A stretch of DNA of 64,000 bases from a bacterium (GTDB lineage: Bacteria; Patescibacteriota; Dojkabacteria; SC72). The number at the start of each line of letters is the position of its first letter. Position 1 is the first letter of the stretch. The stretch covers positions 295,963 through 359,962 of the forward strand of contig JAIORF010000102.1 in NCBI GenBank assembly GCA_021108295.1, given 5' to 3'. The notes under the pieces were generated by a model that saw only the letters and a list, made by a program, of their open reading frames with translations, had not been told where the DNA came from and ran no database searches. Made by a program: the position numbers and the translations under genes. Below are positions 21,035 through 31,069 of the stretch, piece by piece.

Positions 21035-21397
21035 ATGGATAATAGTATAAGATCATTTTTCTCTGGTTTAGTATTTGGTGTAGCTGCTGGCGCAATTGCT
21101 GGTGTACTACTTGCTCCTAAGTCTGGAGTAGAGACAAGAGAGGATATAAAGAAGTTTGCAGTAGAGATGGGTGAGAAAGCAACTGCAGAGTACAACAATA
21201 TTAAGGCAGAGGTACAGAAGAGACTTGTAGTACTTAAAGCTGCAGGAGAGAAGATAGATTTAGATATCTACAAGAAGTTAGTAAATGAGGTAATCGATGA
21301 GTTTAAGAGCGATGGTTCTGTTACAGCAGATGTTGCTAAGAGACTTGGTACACAACTAAGTGGGGATTGGGATATGGTAAAGACTTCTTTGGTCTAA
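21035..21397 (+). CDS. YtxH domain protein
   Basis: GAIAGVLLAPKSGVETR. Confidence 0.88.
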   Translation: MDNSIRSFFSGLVFGVAAGAIAGVLLAPKSGVETREDIKKFAVEMGEKATAEYNNIKAEVQKRLVVLKAAGEKIDLDIYKKLVNEVIDEFKSDGSVTADVAKRLGTQLSGDWDMVKTSLV

Positions 21398-21407
21398 ATA
21401 GATATTT

Positions 21408-22415
21408 ATGAAAAAGAAGATCTCAATATTCTGTGGTGGACCTTCTTCTGAGTATGAAGTGTCTCTCAATACTGCGAAATCTTTCCTAAAACATATTGAT
21501 AAGGGGAAATATACACCATACATCTTCTATATTTCCAAAGACGGCAAAGCTCTGCTTTTCAAACCAAAGAGTTTTGGAAGTATAGATATACCAGATAACG
21601 GTAAGCTCTATTCTCTTTTCGATGAAATACTCAAGCTCAAAGAGATGCATACCAATATCATTGGATTACATGGTGAATTTGGAGAAGATGGTACATTACA
21701 AAGTATATTACAATTTTTAAAGATTCCTTTTACTGGCTGTGATTCCATATCTTCCGGACTTTGCATGGATAAATATAGATCAAGTTTAGTTGTAGATAAT
21801 GTCCTTGGAGGAAAGAACTTCATAATTCCCAATATCAAGATTTATAAACTAAGGGATTTAATATCTAATTACAAATATACAGAGAGAGTATGTATTAAAC
21901 CAAACGCAAAAGGTTCTAGTGTTGGAGTATGTTTAGTAAAAAGTAAGAAAAATCTCGAAAACATCAAGAAACAACTTTCTGATTCTTTTGATAAAGACGC
22001 CGACTTTGTTGTACAACCTCTTATAGATTACGATATTGAATTAAGTTGTGGTTGTTTAGAGGAAAAAGATGGGGAATTTATAAAATTACCAGCTATAGAG
22101 ATAATTCCTCAGAGTTCGACCTTCTTTGACTACAAAGCCAAGTATACAAAAGGTGGCTCTGTTGAAATTACACCCCCTGAACACATTTCAAAAGAAATAG
22201 CAGATCAAATCTCTCAACTAGCAATAGATATTCATAAGTTACTTGGTTGTAACCTATATTCAAGATCTGATTTCTTGGTGAAGGGAGATACGATTTACTA
22301 TTTAGAAACCAATACTCTACCTGGAATGACTTCTACCTCTTTACTTCCACAGGAAGCTGACGCTATTGGTATTAACTTTACACAACTGATAGATTTCTTA
22401 ATAGAAAACAGTTAA
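21408..22415 (+). CDS. ddl: D-alanine--D-alanine ligase
   Basis: GGPSSEYEVS, LHGEFGEDG, KPNAKGSSVG, FFDYKAKY, LETNTLPGMT. Confidence 0.95.
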   Translation: MKKKISIFCGGPSSEYEVSLNTAKSFLKHIDKGKYTPYIFYISKDGKALLFKPKSFGSIDIPDNGKLYSLFDEILKLKEMHTNIIGLHGEFGEDGTLQSILQFLKIPFTGCDSISSGLCMDKYRSSLVVDNVLGGKNFIIPNIKIYKLRDLISNYKYTERVCIKPNAKGSSVGVCLVKSKKNLENIKKQLSDSFDKDADFVVQPLIDYDIELSCGCLEEKDGEFIKLPAIEIIPQSSTFFDYKAKYTKGGSVEITPPEHISKEIADQISQLAIDIHKLLGCNLYSRSDFLVKGDTIYYLETNTLPGMTSTSLLPQEADAIGINFTQLIDFLIENS

Positions 22416-22425
22416 AATATCCTAT

Positions 22426-22502
22426 GCGAGAGTAGTTCAGTTGGCTAGAATGTCTGCTTCCCAAGCAGAAGGTCGCGGGTTCGAATCCCGTCTCTCGCTC
22501 CA
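22426..22502 (+). tRNA. tRNA-Gly(CCC)
   Basis: GCGAGAG...TCTGC-TTCCCAA-GCAGA...TTCGAAT...CTCTCGC-TCCA. Confidence 0.96.
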
Positions 22503-22586
22503 ATTAACAACAAATTAACAATTCCACTAAAAGTGTCAAAACACTCTAGAATCCTAACCCCTCATATGTTACAATACTGTTACTTG

Positions 22587-22660
22587 GCTGATGTAGCTCA
22601 GTTGGCTAGAGCATTCCCTTCGTAAGGGAGAGGTCGATGGTTCAACTCCATCCATCAGCT
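22587..22660 (+). tRNA. tRNA-Thr(CGU), CCA not encoded
   Basis: GCTGATG...TTCCC-TTCGTAA-GGGAG...TTCAACT...CATCAGC-T. Confidence 0.93.
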
Positions 22661-22675
22661 TTGAATATAGAAAAT

Positions 22676-23794
22676 ATGAAAACACCAAAATACACACTAA
22701 CAAACCTAATGCTCAAGTACATACTCAAATATGAACTAGCAATATCAGAACTAAACCACACAGAACTACCAAAAACTCTAAAAAAGCCCCTCATAGAAAA
22801 ACTCTACGCAGAAGAAATAGACAACGTAGCACAACTAGTAGCATACCCAATTGGATACAACAGTGCACTAAAGATATTAAGAGGACAAGAACACACAACA
22901 GGAAGAAGTAAGAAAAAAGTATTTAACAGCTTCAAAAACGCAAGAGATTACATAAGGAAATACAGTGGTACTACAGCACTAAAACCAAGCATGGAACTCG
23001 CCATACACCTAAACAAAATACTCACTAAAGGATGGAACGACGACTGGGATCAAGGAAGACTAAAAGACTTCTCTGAAAAACCAAACGATCTCTACGACAC
23101 CTGGTACACACTAAGAGACTACTACCCAAGTACCAATATGGAGAACCACTTCAATGAACTCTTTAGATGGATAACCAACAGTGAAGACAATACTCACAAA
23201 CTAATACAACTGGCCATACTAATGTACGAATTCATAGAAAAAGCACCCTTCTTTGCAGGCAACCAAATGACGTCTATTCTCGTACTAGAACTACTTACCA
23301 AAGAATATGGATACAACCCCAACATTATACTACCCTTCTCAAAAGCCATTAACTTCATAAGCGAAGACCTTAAATCTGCATTCAAAATATCCAAAGGTAA
23401 AACTGACCTAACTACATTCATAGAAGCCTTCCTCTACACCACATCCCTTACTACAATTGAAACTACAAGAGAATTTAGCGAAATATACAAAACCAAGATA
23501 CTTAAATACCCTAAAATGACAGAAGAATTAAACTCCAGACAAATGAAAATAGTTGACTACCTTACTACAAACAAGAAAGCTTCAAGAAAAGAACTAACAG
23601 ACATGATGGGAGTATCCTTCATGACAGTCTTTAGAGACTTACAAGACCTAATGGAAAAAGATTATGTAGTACAAAAAGGAAGAGGAAGAGGAACACACTA
23701 CCAACTCAAAGAAGACGAAAATATGGGAATAGAGATTCCAGAAGCACAATTACCAGTATTCGGAGAGACACAGAAAGATATTAAAGTATATTAA
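22676..23794 (+). CDS. Fic-like domain protein with C-terminal winged HTH (degenerate Fic motif)
   Basis: Start moved to 22676 (longer ORF overlaps tRNA); EFIEKAPFFAGNQMTS at Fic motif position; LNSRQMKI...VSFMTVFRDLQDL...GRGRGTHY. Confidence 0.8.
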   Translation: MKTPKYTLTNLMLKYILKYELAISELNHTELPKTLKKPLIEKLYAEEIDNVAQLVAYPIGYNSALKILRGQEHTTGRSKKKVFNSFKNARDYIRKYSGTTALKPSMELAIHLNKILTKGWNDDWDQGRLKDFSEKPNDLYDTWYTLRDYYPSTNMENHFNELFRWITNSEDNTHKLIQLAILMYEFIEKAPFFAGNQMTSILVLELLTKEYGYNPNIILPFSKAINFISEDLKSAFKISKGKTDLTTFIEAFLYTTSLTTIETTREFSEIYKTKILKYPKMTEELNSRQMKIVDYLTTNKKASRKELTDMMGVSFMTVFRDLQDLMEKDYVVQKGRGRGTHYQLKEDENMGIEIPEAQLPVFGETQKDIKVY

Positions 23795-23834
23795 AAATCT
23801 TGTAGAAATATATATTTCTTGCTAATATTCAAAC

Positions 23835-25337
23835 ATGGAAAACAGTAAATACGATGTAATAGTTGGTCTAGAAATACACATTCAGACAAAAACAAACTCA
23901 AAAATGTTCTGTACTTGCCCTACAGGATACTTCCAGAAAGAACCTAACACACACGTATGCCCAGTATGCCTAGGACTACCAGGAGCACTACCAGTACCAA
24001 ACAAACGAGCCCTTGAACTCTGTATACTCATGGGACTTGCTACAAACTGCGACATTGCACCAGAAATACACTTCGACAGGAAACACTACTTCTACCCTGA
24101 CCTACCCAAAGGATATCAAATAAGTCAGTACAAGAAACCAATATGCTCAAATGGACATGTAGAACTCTCTAATTCTACTGTAGAGATAGAAAGGATACAC
24201 CAAGAAGAAGACGTTGCTAAATCAACACACCACATTGAAACTGATACAAATAAAGAATACTCCCTAATTGACTACAACAAATCAGGAGTACCACTAATTG
24301 AGATTGTAACCAAACCATGTATCCGATCTGGAGAACAAGCAAAAGAATACGCTACAAGAATTAGACAAATAGCTAGATACCTAAACATCTCTGATGCCGA
24401 TATGGAAAAAGGTCAAATGAGATGCGAACCAAACATCTCCGTACAGAAAAAAGGTATGTGGGAACAAAAGGGGGAAGAAATAGTTCCAATAGGCAAGTAC
24501 AAACTCAATGCAAAGATAGAAATTAAAAATATAGGATCCATTACAGCCGTAGAAAAATCTATAAACTATGAAGTAAACCGACTAATTGAAGCGTTAGAAA
24601 CTAATAAAGAAATCATACAACAAACTAGAGGTTGGAACGCAAACAAAAACATGACAGAATTCCAGAGAAGCAAAGAAACTTCAGACGACTACAGATATAT
24701 GGCAGAACCAGATATCCCCATTATCGAAACCTCAAAAGAAAATATAGAGGAAATCTCTTCTGAGATAGTAGAATTACCACACGAAAGAATTAACAGATAC
24801 ATGAATAAACATATGCTCTCTGAATATGATGCAAATGTACTCAGTACAGACAGAGATGTTGCAATATTCTACGACAACCTCTTCATTGGACTCGACAAAC
24901 ACCTTAAGGATACTCCAACTAGCGCAAAACTAGCCTCGAACTGTATTACAGGTACCCTCTTCGCTTGGTTAAACGAAAAAGACATATCAATATCCAAAGC
25001 GAACCTTGATATTGCTGACCTAGTACAATGGAATCTAGCATTACATAGTAAAGAGATTACTAAGAATAAAGCGGAAGAATTACTGAAAGAATCTTTAAAC
25101 AATAACAAAAACCTAAGTGATTTACTCGACAACTTTAGAAAACAATCCGAGAAGAGTGCAGGAAACCTTACAGACATCGTCAAGGATGTAATATCTCAGA
25201 ATGAAAAGGCTGTAAAAGACTTTAAAGATGGAAACAATGCCTCTGTAGGATTCTTAATAGGACAGGTTATGCAAAAAACTCAGGGTAGTGCAGACCCAAA
25301 TGAAGCTAGATCAATTTTGATGAAGGAATTAGAATGA
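23835..25337 (+). CDS. gatB: Asp/Glu-tRNA amidotransferase subunit B
   Basis: VGLEIHIQ, CLGLPGALP, FDRKHYFYPDLPKGYQISQ, GFLIGQVM. Confidence 0.97.
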   Translation: MENSKYDVIVGLEIHIQTKTNSKMFCTCPTGYFQKEPNTHVCPVCLGLPGALPVPNKRALELCILMGLATNCDIAPEIHFDRKHYFYPDLPKGYQISQYKKPICSNGHVELSNSTVEIERIHQEEDVAKSTHHIETDTNKEYSLIDYNKSGVPLIEIVTKPCIRSGEQAKEYATRIRQIARYLNISDADMEKGQMRCEPNISVQKKGMWEQKGEEIVPIGKYKLNAKIEIKNIGSITAVEKSINYEVNRLIEALETNKEIIQQTRGWNANKNMTEFQRSKETSDDYRYMAEPDIPIIETSKENIEEISSEIVELPHERINRYMNKHMLSEYDANVLSTDRDVAIFYDNLFIGLDKHLKDTPTSAKLASNCITGTLFAWLNEKDISISKANLDIADLVQWNLALHSKEITKNKAEELLKESLNNNKNLSDLLDNFRKQSEKSAGNLTDIVKDVISQNEKAVKDFKDGNNASVGFLIGQVMQKTQGSADPNEARSILMKELE

Positions 25338-25636
25338 AAATAAACACCACCTTTCTAAAACATATAGCAAAACTCTCAAGAATCAAACTTAGTAAAAAAG
25401 AACTAGAGAAATTTACTCCACAGATGAAAACTATTCTAGAATCAGTAGATGTACTCCAAGAAGTAGACACTACAGGTATAAAACCTATGAAAAAACGACT
25501 ACCTTTCTCACAATTGAGAGAAGATATTGCAAAAGAATCTCTTACTCAAGAAAAAGTTCTAACAAATGCCAACCATACTGAAATGGGTCTAGTGAAAGTA
25601 TATGGGAAAATCTTTGATGGCATAGAAAAATCATAA
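25334..25636 (+). CDS. gatC: Asp/Glu-tRNA amidotransferase subunit C
   Basis: HIAKLSRI...LREDI...VLTNA; overlaps gatB. Confidence 0.9.
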   Translation: MKINTTFLKHIAKLSRIKLSKKELEKFTPQMKTILESVDVLQEVDTTGIKPMKKRLPFSQLREDIAKESLTQEKVLTNANHTEMGLVKVYGKIFDGIEKS

Positions 25637-25680
25637 CCCTTTAATATTTCCTTAATCTCTAGTAGAATATCACATTCCAT

Positions 25681-25768
25681 GCCGAAGTGGTGGAATTGGC
25701 AGACACGCATGCCTTAGGAGCATGTAGGGGAATACCCTGTGCAGGTTCAACTCCTGTCTTCGGCACCA
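25681..25768 (+). tRNA. tRNA-Leu(UAG)
   Basis: GCCGAAG...CATGC-CTTAGGA-GCATG, long variable arm, CTTCGGC-ACCA. Confidence 0.96.
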
Positions 25769-25790
25769 ATATATATTTAATAAAAAAATA

Positions 25791-26021
25791 ATGCTTAAAA
25801 TAATAGCAAAGCCCTTCCAAGAGGTCCTTCTACAAAGGAAACTTTGTGTTGGTTGTACATACCCCCTAGACAAGGCAAATAGAGTTGGAATATTAACAGA
25901 GAATAGTGATTTGGTAGAATGTAAGTGTAAACGTAGGTATGTCTTTGATAGAAAGCTCGGTCAATATAGAAGAGCTTCTCTACAAGAGGAACAGCAGTAT
26001 CTAAAAAGGTTGAAAAAGTAG
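25791..26021 (+). CDS. Small putative zinc-ribbon protein
   Basis: CVGC...CKC; fills the gap between two tRNAs on the same strand. Confidence 0.7.
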   Translation: MLKIIAKPFQEVLLQRKLCVGCTYPLDKANRVGILTENSDLVECKCKRRYVFDRKLGQYRRASLQEEQQYLKRLKK

Positions 26022-26049
26022 TAGTAAATATAGTAAAATGCAGAGGTAT

Positions 26050-26125
26050 GCCGCTATCGTCTAGTGGTTCAGGACAACAGGTTTTCATCCTGTAAACCGG
26101 GGTTCGATTCCCCGTAGCGGTACCA
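26050..26125 (+). tRNA. tRNA-Glu(UUC)
   Basis: GCCGCTA...ACAGG-TTTTCAT-CCTGT...TTCGATT...TAGCGGT-ACCA. Confidence 0.96.
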
Positions 26126-26193
26126 AAGTTAAAAAGTTTTTCATACTATCCCATTCATGCTACAATATCATCATTAACATTAATTGCCCAAAC

Positions 26194-26805
26194 ATGTACG
26201 AAGTATCGAAAAAGGATCCTAAAACCGGAACAGAAGAAACAATAAGTATACTAGGATCAATCGGAAGCTTCATTTACTCCTTTGTAGAAACAGTCGTAAT
26301 TGCACTCGTCATCGCAGTAGTCCTCTACCTCTTCATCATGACCCCACACGAAGTATTAGGAAACTCCATGCATCCTACATACCAAAACGGAGAATATCTA
26401 ATGGCAAATAAAGTACAATATCGATTCTCCGACCCACAAAGAGGAGATGTCATAATATTTAAATACTCTGACACACAAGACTTCATAAAACGAATCATCG
26501 GAATACCTGGAGACAGCGTTTCCATCAAAGATGGCAAAATATATATAAACGGAGACCAATTAAACGAAAGCCCCTACTTAGCCGACACTGTCTACACCAG
26601 TGGTGGAGAATACATTACAGAAGGACAAACCATTGCAGTTGGAGAAGGAGAATACTTCGTATGCGGAGATAATAGACCACACAGTTCTGACTCAAGAACA
26701 TTTGGACCAATAACCCAAGATAGGATCAAAGGGAAAGCATGGATAGTTTACTTACCACTCTCAGAGTTTAGGATAGTCACGCACCAAGAGTACAAAAACC
26801 TCTAG
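26194..26805 (+). CDS. lepB: Signal peptidase I
   Basis: GNSMHPT, FIKRIIGIPGD, GDNRPHSSDSR. Confidence 0.96.
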   Translation: MYEVSKKDPKTGTEETISILGSIGSFIYSFVETVVIALVIAVVLYLFIMTPHEVLGNSMHPTYQNGEYLMANKVQYRFSDPQRGDVIIFKYSDTQDFIKRIIGIPGDSVSIKDGKIYINGDQLNESPYLADTVYTSGGEYITEGQTIAVGEGEYFVCGDNRPHSSDSRTFGPITQDRIKGKAWIVYLPLSEFRIVTHQEYKNL

Positions 26806-26837
26806 ACACTGTCTGTGAAACATGATAGATTTGAACA

Positions 26838-27626
26838 ATGAGAATATTCGTAATAGCTAATCAAAAAGGTGGAGTTGGAAAGACTACAACAGTACTTAAT
26901 CTTGGTGCAAGTCTTGCAGACAAGGGGAAGAAAGTACTCGTCATAGACCTTGATCCACAGGCAAATCTCTCCTCTGGACTCGGCTTTACAAGACAATTTG
27001 ACAAGAAAAGCTGGAACAATACTGAAGAGGTCCCATACAAGAGCATCTATGATGTCCTCATCAACCAAACACCCATATCAAAAGTCTTTGTAACCACAAA
27101 CAATCCCAACCTCTTTTTAGTACCCTCACACCTCTCTTTGGCAGGTGCTGAAATAGAAATGGTCAATATATTGGCTAGAGAAACACTTCTCAAAAATGCT
27201 CTCTCAGAATTCAAAGAAGATATCGACTATGTCCTAATTGATTGCCCTCCATCACTTGGCTTACTCACAATTAACGCCCTTACTGCTGCAGACGATCTCA
27301 TCATCCCTATACAGTGCGAATACTTCGCATTAGAAGGGCTAGGACAGCTAATAGAGACTACAAAACTTATTAAAGGTATCAACCCTACACTCACCATAGG
27401 TGGAGTCATTCTAACCATGTTTGATAGCAGAACAAGACTCTCTACAAACGTTGTGGAAGATGTAAGGAAATATTTTAATGAGAAAGCTTTTAAAACTGTA
27501 GTACCTCGTAATGTAAGACTCTCAGAAGCCCCATCCTTTGGACAAACAATATTTGAATATGACGACACTTCTACAGGAGCACAAGCATACAAAGATTTAG
27601 CTAAAGAGTTTATAAAACGTTTTTGA
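26838..27626 (+). CDS. parA: Chromosome partitioning ATPase ParA/Soj
   Basis: NQKGGVGKTT, DLDPQAN, IDCPPSLG, PRNVRLSEAPS. Confidence 0.96.
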   Translation: MRIFVIANQKGGVGKTTTVLNLGASLADKGKKVLVIDLDPQANLSSGLGFTRQFDKKSWNNTEEVPYKSIYDVLINQTPISKVFVTTNNPNLFLVPSHLSLAGAEIEMVNILARETLLKNALSEFKEDIDYVLIDCPPSLGLLTINALTAADDLIIPIQCEYFALEGLGQLIETTKLIKGINPTLTIGGVILTMFDSRTRLSTNVVEDVRKYFNEKAFKTVVPRNVRLSEAPSFGQTIFEYDDTSTGAQAYKDLAKEFIKRF

Positions 27627-27648
27627 ATAATTTTTTAATATAAAACTA

Positions 27649-28524
27649 ATGGCAGAAAAAACAAGAAGACTAGGAAAGGGACTCTCTGCACTAATTGATA
27701 CCAGTACTCCAACTGGGAAGATGGCAAGACAATATGTGGAAGACTTTAGTGTAGATAGAATCGTTCCTAACCCATACCAACCAAGAATGTTCGTAGATCC
27801 CAAAAAACTTATTGGTCTTGCAGACTCAATAAGGGAACATGGTGTAATACAACCCCTAATCATTACAAAAGACAAGAATTCAGACAACTACATTATCGTA
27901 GCAGGAGAAAGAAGATTTAGAGCCGTAAAACTCGCAGGATTTAATACACTACCAGTTGTAATAAAGGAGACAACTCCACTTGAGATGATTGAGTTAGCCC
28001 TTATTGAAAATATTCAAAGAGAAGACCTAAATCCACTTGAAGAATCATACTCATTCAAACAGCTTAACCAAGAATTTGGATTAACACAGGTCCAAATTGC
28101 AAAGAAAGTCGGACTAAATAGAGTAACCGTTGCAAACAAGATGAGATTGGACAAATTACCTGACAAGATAAAAGAGTTGATTCTAAACGAATCTCTCTCA
28201 GAGGGACACGCTAGAGCTCTTCTTAGTATCAGAGATGAGACTTCAATAGTAGCTGCAGCAGACATCATCATCAAGAGAGGACTCAGTGTTCGACAGACAG
28301 AAGCTCTTGTACGAAAAATGATGTTTGGTAAATCAGATGCAAGAAGAATATGGAAGAGTGTAGATGATCACACCAAGACATGTGAAGAAAGTATTGCAAA
28401 ACGATTAGGATTTAATGTTCACGTTGCAAAAATGAGTAAAGGTGGAAAGATAACAATCAGATACAAATCTATGGATGAACTTAATAAGATTGTAGACAAA
28501 TTTAAAGCTATTCCTTTAAAGTAA
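27649..28524 (+). CDS. parB: Chromosome partitioning protein ParB/Spo0J
   Basis: LGKGLSALI, NPYQPR, AGERRFRA, ENIQREDLNPLEE. Confidence 0.96.
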   Translation: MAEKTRRLGKGLSALIDTSTPTGKMARQYVEDFSVDRIVPNPYQPRMFVDPKKLIGLADSIREHGVIQPLIITKDKNSDNYIIVAGERRFRAVKLAGFNTLPVVIKETTPLEMIELALIENIQREDLNPLEESYSFKQLNQEFGLTQVQIAKKVGLNRVTVANKMRLDKLPDKIKELILNESLSEGHARALLSIRDETSIVAAADIIIKRGLSVRQTEALVRKMMFGKSDARRIWKSVDDHTKTCEESIAKRLGFNVHVAKMSKGGKITIRYKSMDELNKIVDKFKAIPLK

Positions 28525-29260
28525 CTTCTTGTCTAAGCTTCTCATACATTAAAATAGCAGCACTTACACTCACATTCAAAGAACCTATACCCTCATTCAT
28601 AGGTATAGACACCCTCATATCAGATCTTTCCAATAAGCCAGTAGATATACCAACATCCTCAGCACCCAAGATCAAAGCTATTGGCCCTTTCAACTTCTCA
28701 CGAAAATAGGGTTGACCATCCATATCAATTGAACATATCTTTATATCCTCTTCCTTTAACTTCTTAACTGCCTCAAACAGATTCATTTCAACAAGAGGTA
28801 TACGCTCTGCGGCTCCCATAGAAATCTTAATGGTTTCATCAGTCACAAACGCCTTCTGAGATGGAGGAATAATCATACCATTTACACCAACAGCAAAAGC
28901 CGTACGCATAATAGCAGCAACATTCTGAGTATATTTAATACCATCCATAATTAGAAAAAAAGGAATCTTCTCATTCTCATATATCTGATCTAGTAAATCA
29001 CTTAAGTCCCAACTATTCTGAGAAATCATAATACCTACTACACTCTCTGAATGTGCAGTCCTAGTCTTTCTATCTAACATCTTTCTTGGAACCTTGATTA
29101 CAGGAATACGCAAATTTCCTGCGAGTTTAGCAATCTCTCTAGTCTTTTGATCTTTGTAAGCATTGGAAGCAATATATATACGCTCAAAATCCTTACCTGA
29201 GCGTAAAAGCTCAAGCAAAGCATTCTTACTCTCTATCTGAACAGTATTAGGACTACTCAT
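28508..29260 (-). CDS. rlmB: TrmH/SpoU family rRNA methyltransferase (RlmB-like)
   Basis: NVAAIMRTA, LGAEDVG, IPMNEGIGSLNVSV. Confidence 0.85.
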   Translation of the reverse strand: MSSPNTVQIESKNALLELLRSGKDFERIYIASNAYKDQKTREIAKLAGNLRIPVIKVPRKMLDRKTRTAHSESVVGIMISQNSWDLSDLLDQIYENEKIPFFLIMDGIKYTQNVAAIMRTAFAVGVNGMIIPPSQKAFVTDETIKISMGAAERIPLVEMNLFEAVKKLKEEDIKICSIDMDGQPYFREKLKGPIALILGAEDVGISTGLLERSDMRVSIPMNEGIGSLNVSVSAAILMYEKLRQEVTLKE

Positions 29261-29261
29261 A

Positions 29262-29528
29262 CTACTTAGATTCTACTACATCTATATAGAATTTACCTCT
29301 TTTGAATCCACTCATCTTTCTAAACTGTACTCTTCCATCAGTTTTAGCATGAATAGAGAAATCTTTTGAAAGGTATGTATTTCTACCAGGGTGAAAGACT
29401 GTACCTCTTTGTTTAACAAGGATATTCCCTGCCTTTACAACCTCGTCCGCATACTTTTTTACTCCAAGTCTCTTACCAGCAATATTGCCTGATACACTGA
29501 CTGAACCTCCTCCTGCAACTTTTGACAT
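29262..29528 (-). CDS. rpmA: 50S ribosomal protein L27
   Basis: GKRLGVKK, GNILVKQRGT, FHPG. Confidence 0.95.
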   Translation of the reverse strand: MSKVAGGGSVSVSGNIAGKRLGVKKYADEVVKAGNILVKQRGTVFHPGRNTYLSKDFSIHAKTDGRVQFRKMSGFKRGKFYIDVVESK

Positions 29529-29549
29529 ATTTCTTAATTTACAATTAAA

Positions 29550-30713
29550 CTAGTTTCTATCTAATATGAAAATATTTCTGCAAATAATACTATTATTTCG
29601 CTCCCATTTCAAGTCCTCCCGACTATAACTCTTATTTAACACCTTCCATCTTTTACTAAATACCTCGTTAATTCCAAAGGTTTTCCACCCAGTAGCTGTC
29701 TTGTATGAAGGAATTATAGCAATCATTTTAATGTGTCTCTTACCAGTTTCTTCTAAGACAAATATTAAGGATTTATACAAAGATTTAACATCATCTAGCA
29801 AAACTTTAGCTTGAGATTCTGACACAAGCTTTGTCTGTGGTGGTCCCATATATGGTTCAAACACTACTGCGTCTAGTTCGGTATGTTTAAGTTTCCTCAA
29901 GACATCTCCTCTTGGCCTTTTAACATTAAACTCAAAGGTCTCATACAAGATATCTGAAATAAATCCACTTTCTGAAAGCCATACAATATTTTCATCCGTT
30001 GCTTTTACTGCCTCTATATCTGAATCTGAAGCTAGCACATTGTATCCAAGCATACAGGCTTCCATAGGTATAGTGCCTGACCCACAAAACGGATCCCAAA
30101 TCGTACCCTCTTTTATACCTGTTAGATTACACATAATTCTGGCTAACTTAGGAGGCAACATTCCCATCTTAGTATTTGCACTTGGTTTGTTGTAATCCCT
30201 GTAAGAGAAGCCGTCGATATCTTGTATAGCTAGTGTTCGGCCGTATAGTTGTTCATTACTGTTTTCTATTACACATAATTCAAACCCTTTCTCTATGATA
30301 GAGTTCTTTGTAACCTGTGCTGCATTTAATTCTGTCTTCTTAGGGAGTATAAATCTTGAACCAATATCTTTTGCTTTAAAGTGTTTCTTTATCTGGCTAG
30401 CCAAACTACTGAACTTGTCAGTATCAAATCTCTTTTCCCCAATATAAGACAGTCCAAATATTACTTTTCCAGAATATTCGTCTTCTAAGAAATCCTCTAA
30501 GTTCTGTACCATCTTTCCTACCCTAATGAAGCCTCCTAGCCTATTAAAGATTCTTATAGCTAAATTATCATTTAACTCTTTACTGTCTACTAGCAATATC
30601 TTCTCTGAGAAGTTTTTTATAGAATCTTTATTAAGACCAAAGCCTTCAAACACAATACTAAGTTCAGCTTGAGACAAGCCCTTGAAATTTCCTAATTGAA
30701 AAAAATATTGCAT
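29550..30713 (-). CDS. THUMP/Trm11-like SAM-dependent RNA methyltransferase
   Basis: GMLPPKLARIM, WDPFCGSGTI, EPYMGPP. Confidence 0.8.
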   Translation of the reverse strand: MQYFFQLGNFKGLSQAELSIVFEGFGLNKDSIKNFSEKILLVDSKELNDNLAIRIFNRLGGFIRVGKMVQNLEDFLEDEYSGKVIFGLSYIGEKRFDTDKFSSLASQIKKHFKAKDIGSRFILPKKTELNAAQVTKNSIIEKGFELCVIENSNEQLYGRTLAIQDIDGFSYRDYNKPSANTKMGMLPPKLARIMCNLTGIKEGTIWDPFCGSGTIPMEACMLGYNVLASDSDIEAVKATDENIVWLSESGFISDILYETFEFNVKRPRGDVLRKLKHTELDAVVFEPYMGPPQTKLVSESQAKVLLDDVKSLYKSLIFVLEETGKRHIKMIAIIPSYKTATGWKTFGINEVFSKRWKVLNKSYSREDLKWERNNSIICRNIFILDRN

Positions 30714-31052
30714 CTAGCTAATCTTTTTAACCAAAACTCTTGTAATCTGAGGTCTATGGCCATAGGTTCTCCTATATCTAGATTTCGCTTTGTACTTGAA
30801 AACCTTAATCTTCTCCCCTTTCTTTTGGGAGGTAATCTCTAGTGTCACTTTTGCACCCTCTACGTTTGGAGTTCCAATTTTCACATCTTTTCCATCTACT
30901 ACTAGAAGTACATCCGTAACAACAATCTTATCCCCCTTATCTCCTTTCAACTTTCTAACCTCATACTGGTTACCTTCTTGGAGCTTAATCTGGGTTCCTG
31001 CAAGCTTAATTACTGCGAATTTCTCATTCTTCTTATCTTTTTTGTCTGCCAT
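30714..31052 (-). CDS. rplU: 50S ribosomal protein L21
   Basis: FAVIKLAG, IGTP, KYKAKSRYRRTYGHRP. Confidence 0.95.
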   Translation of the reverse strand: MADKKDKKNEKFAVIKLAGTQIKLQEGNQYEVRKLKGDKGDKIVVTDVLLVVDGKDVKIGTPNVEGAKVTLEITSQKKGEKIKVFKYKAKSRYRRTYGHRPQITRVLVKKIS

Positions 31053-31069
31053 ATTCCTACATTTCTAAT

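Noticed and set aside
22637-22675. ORF-track starts overlapping tRNAs (also 18530..18592, 25670..25873, 38558..38779)
   Set aside because: They overlap confident tRNA genes; downstream ATGs are better or the ORFs are spurious.
26807-26822. Possible parS upstream of parA
   Set aside because: Only the half-site GTGAAACA matches; no palindrome.
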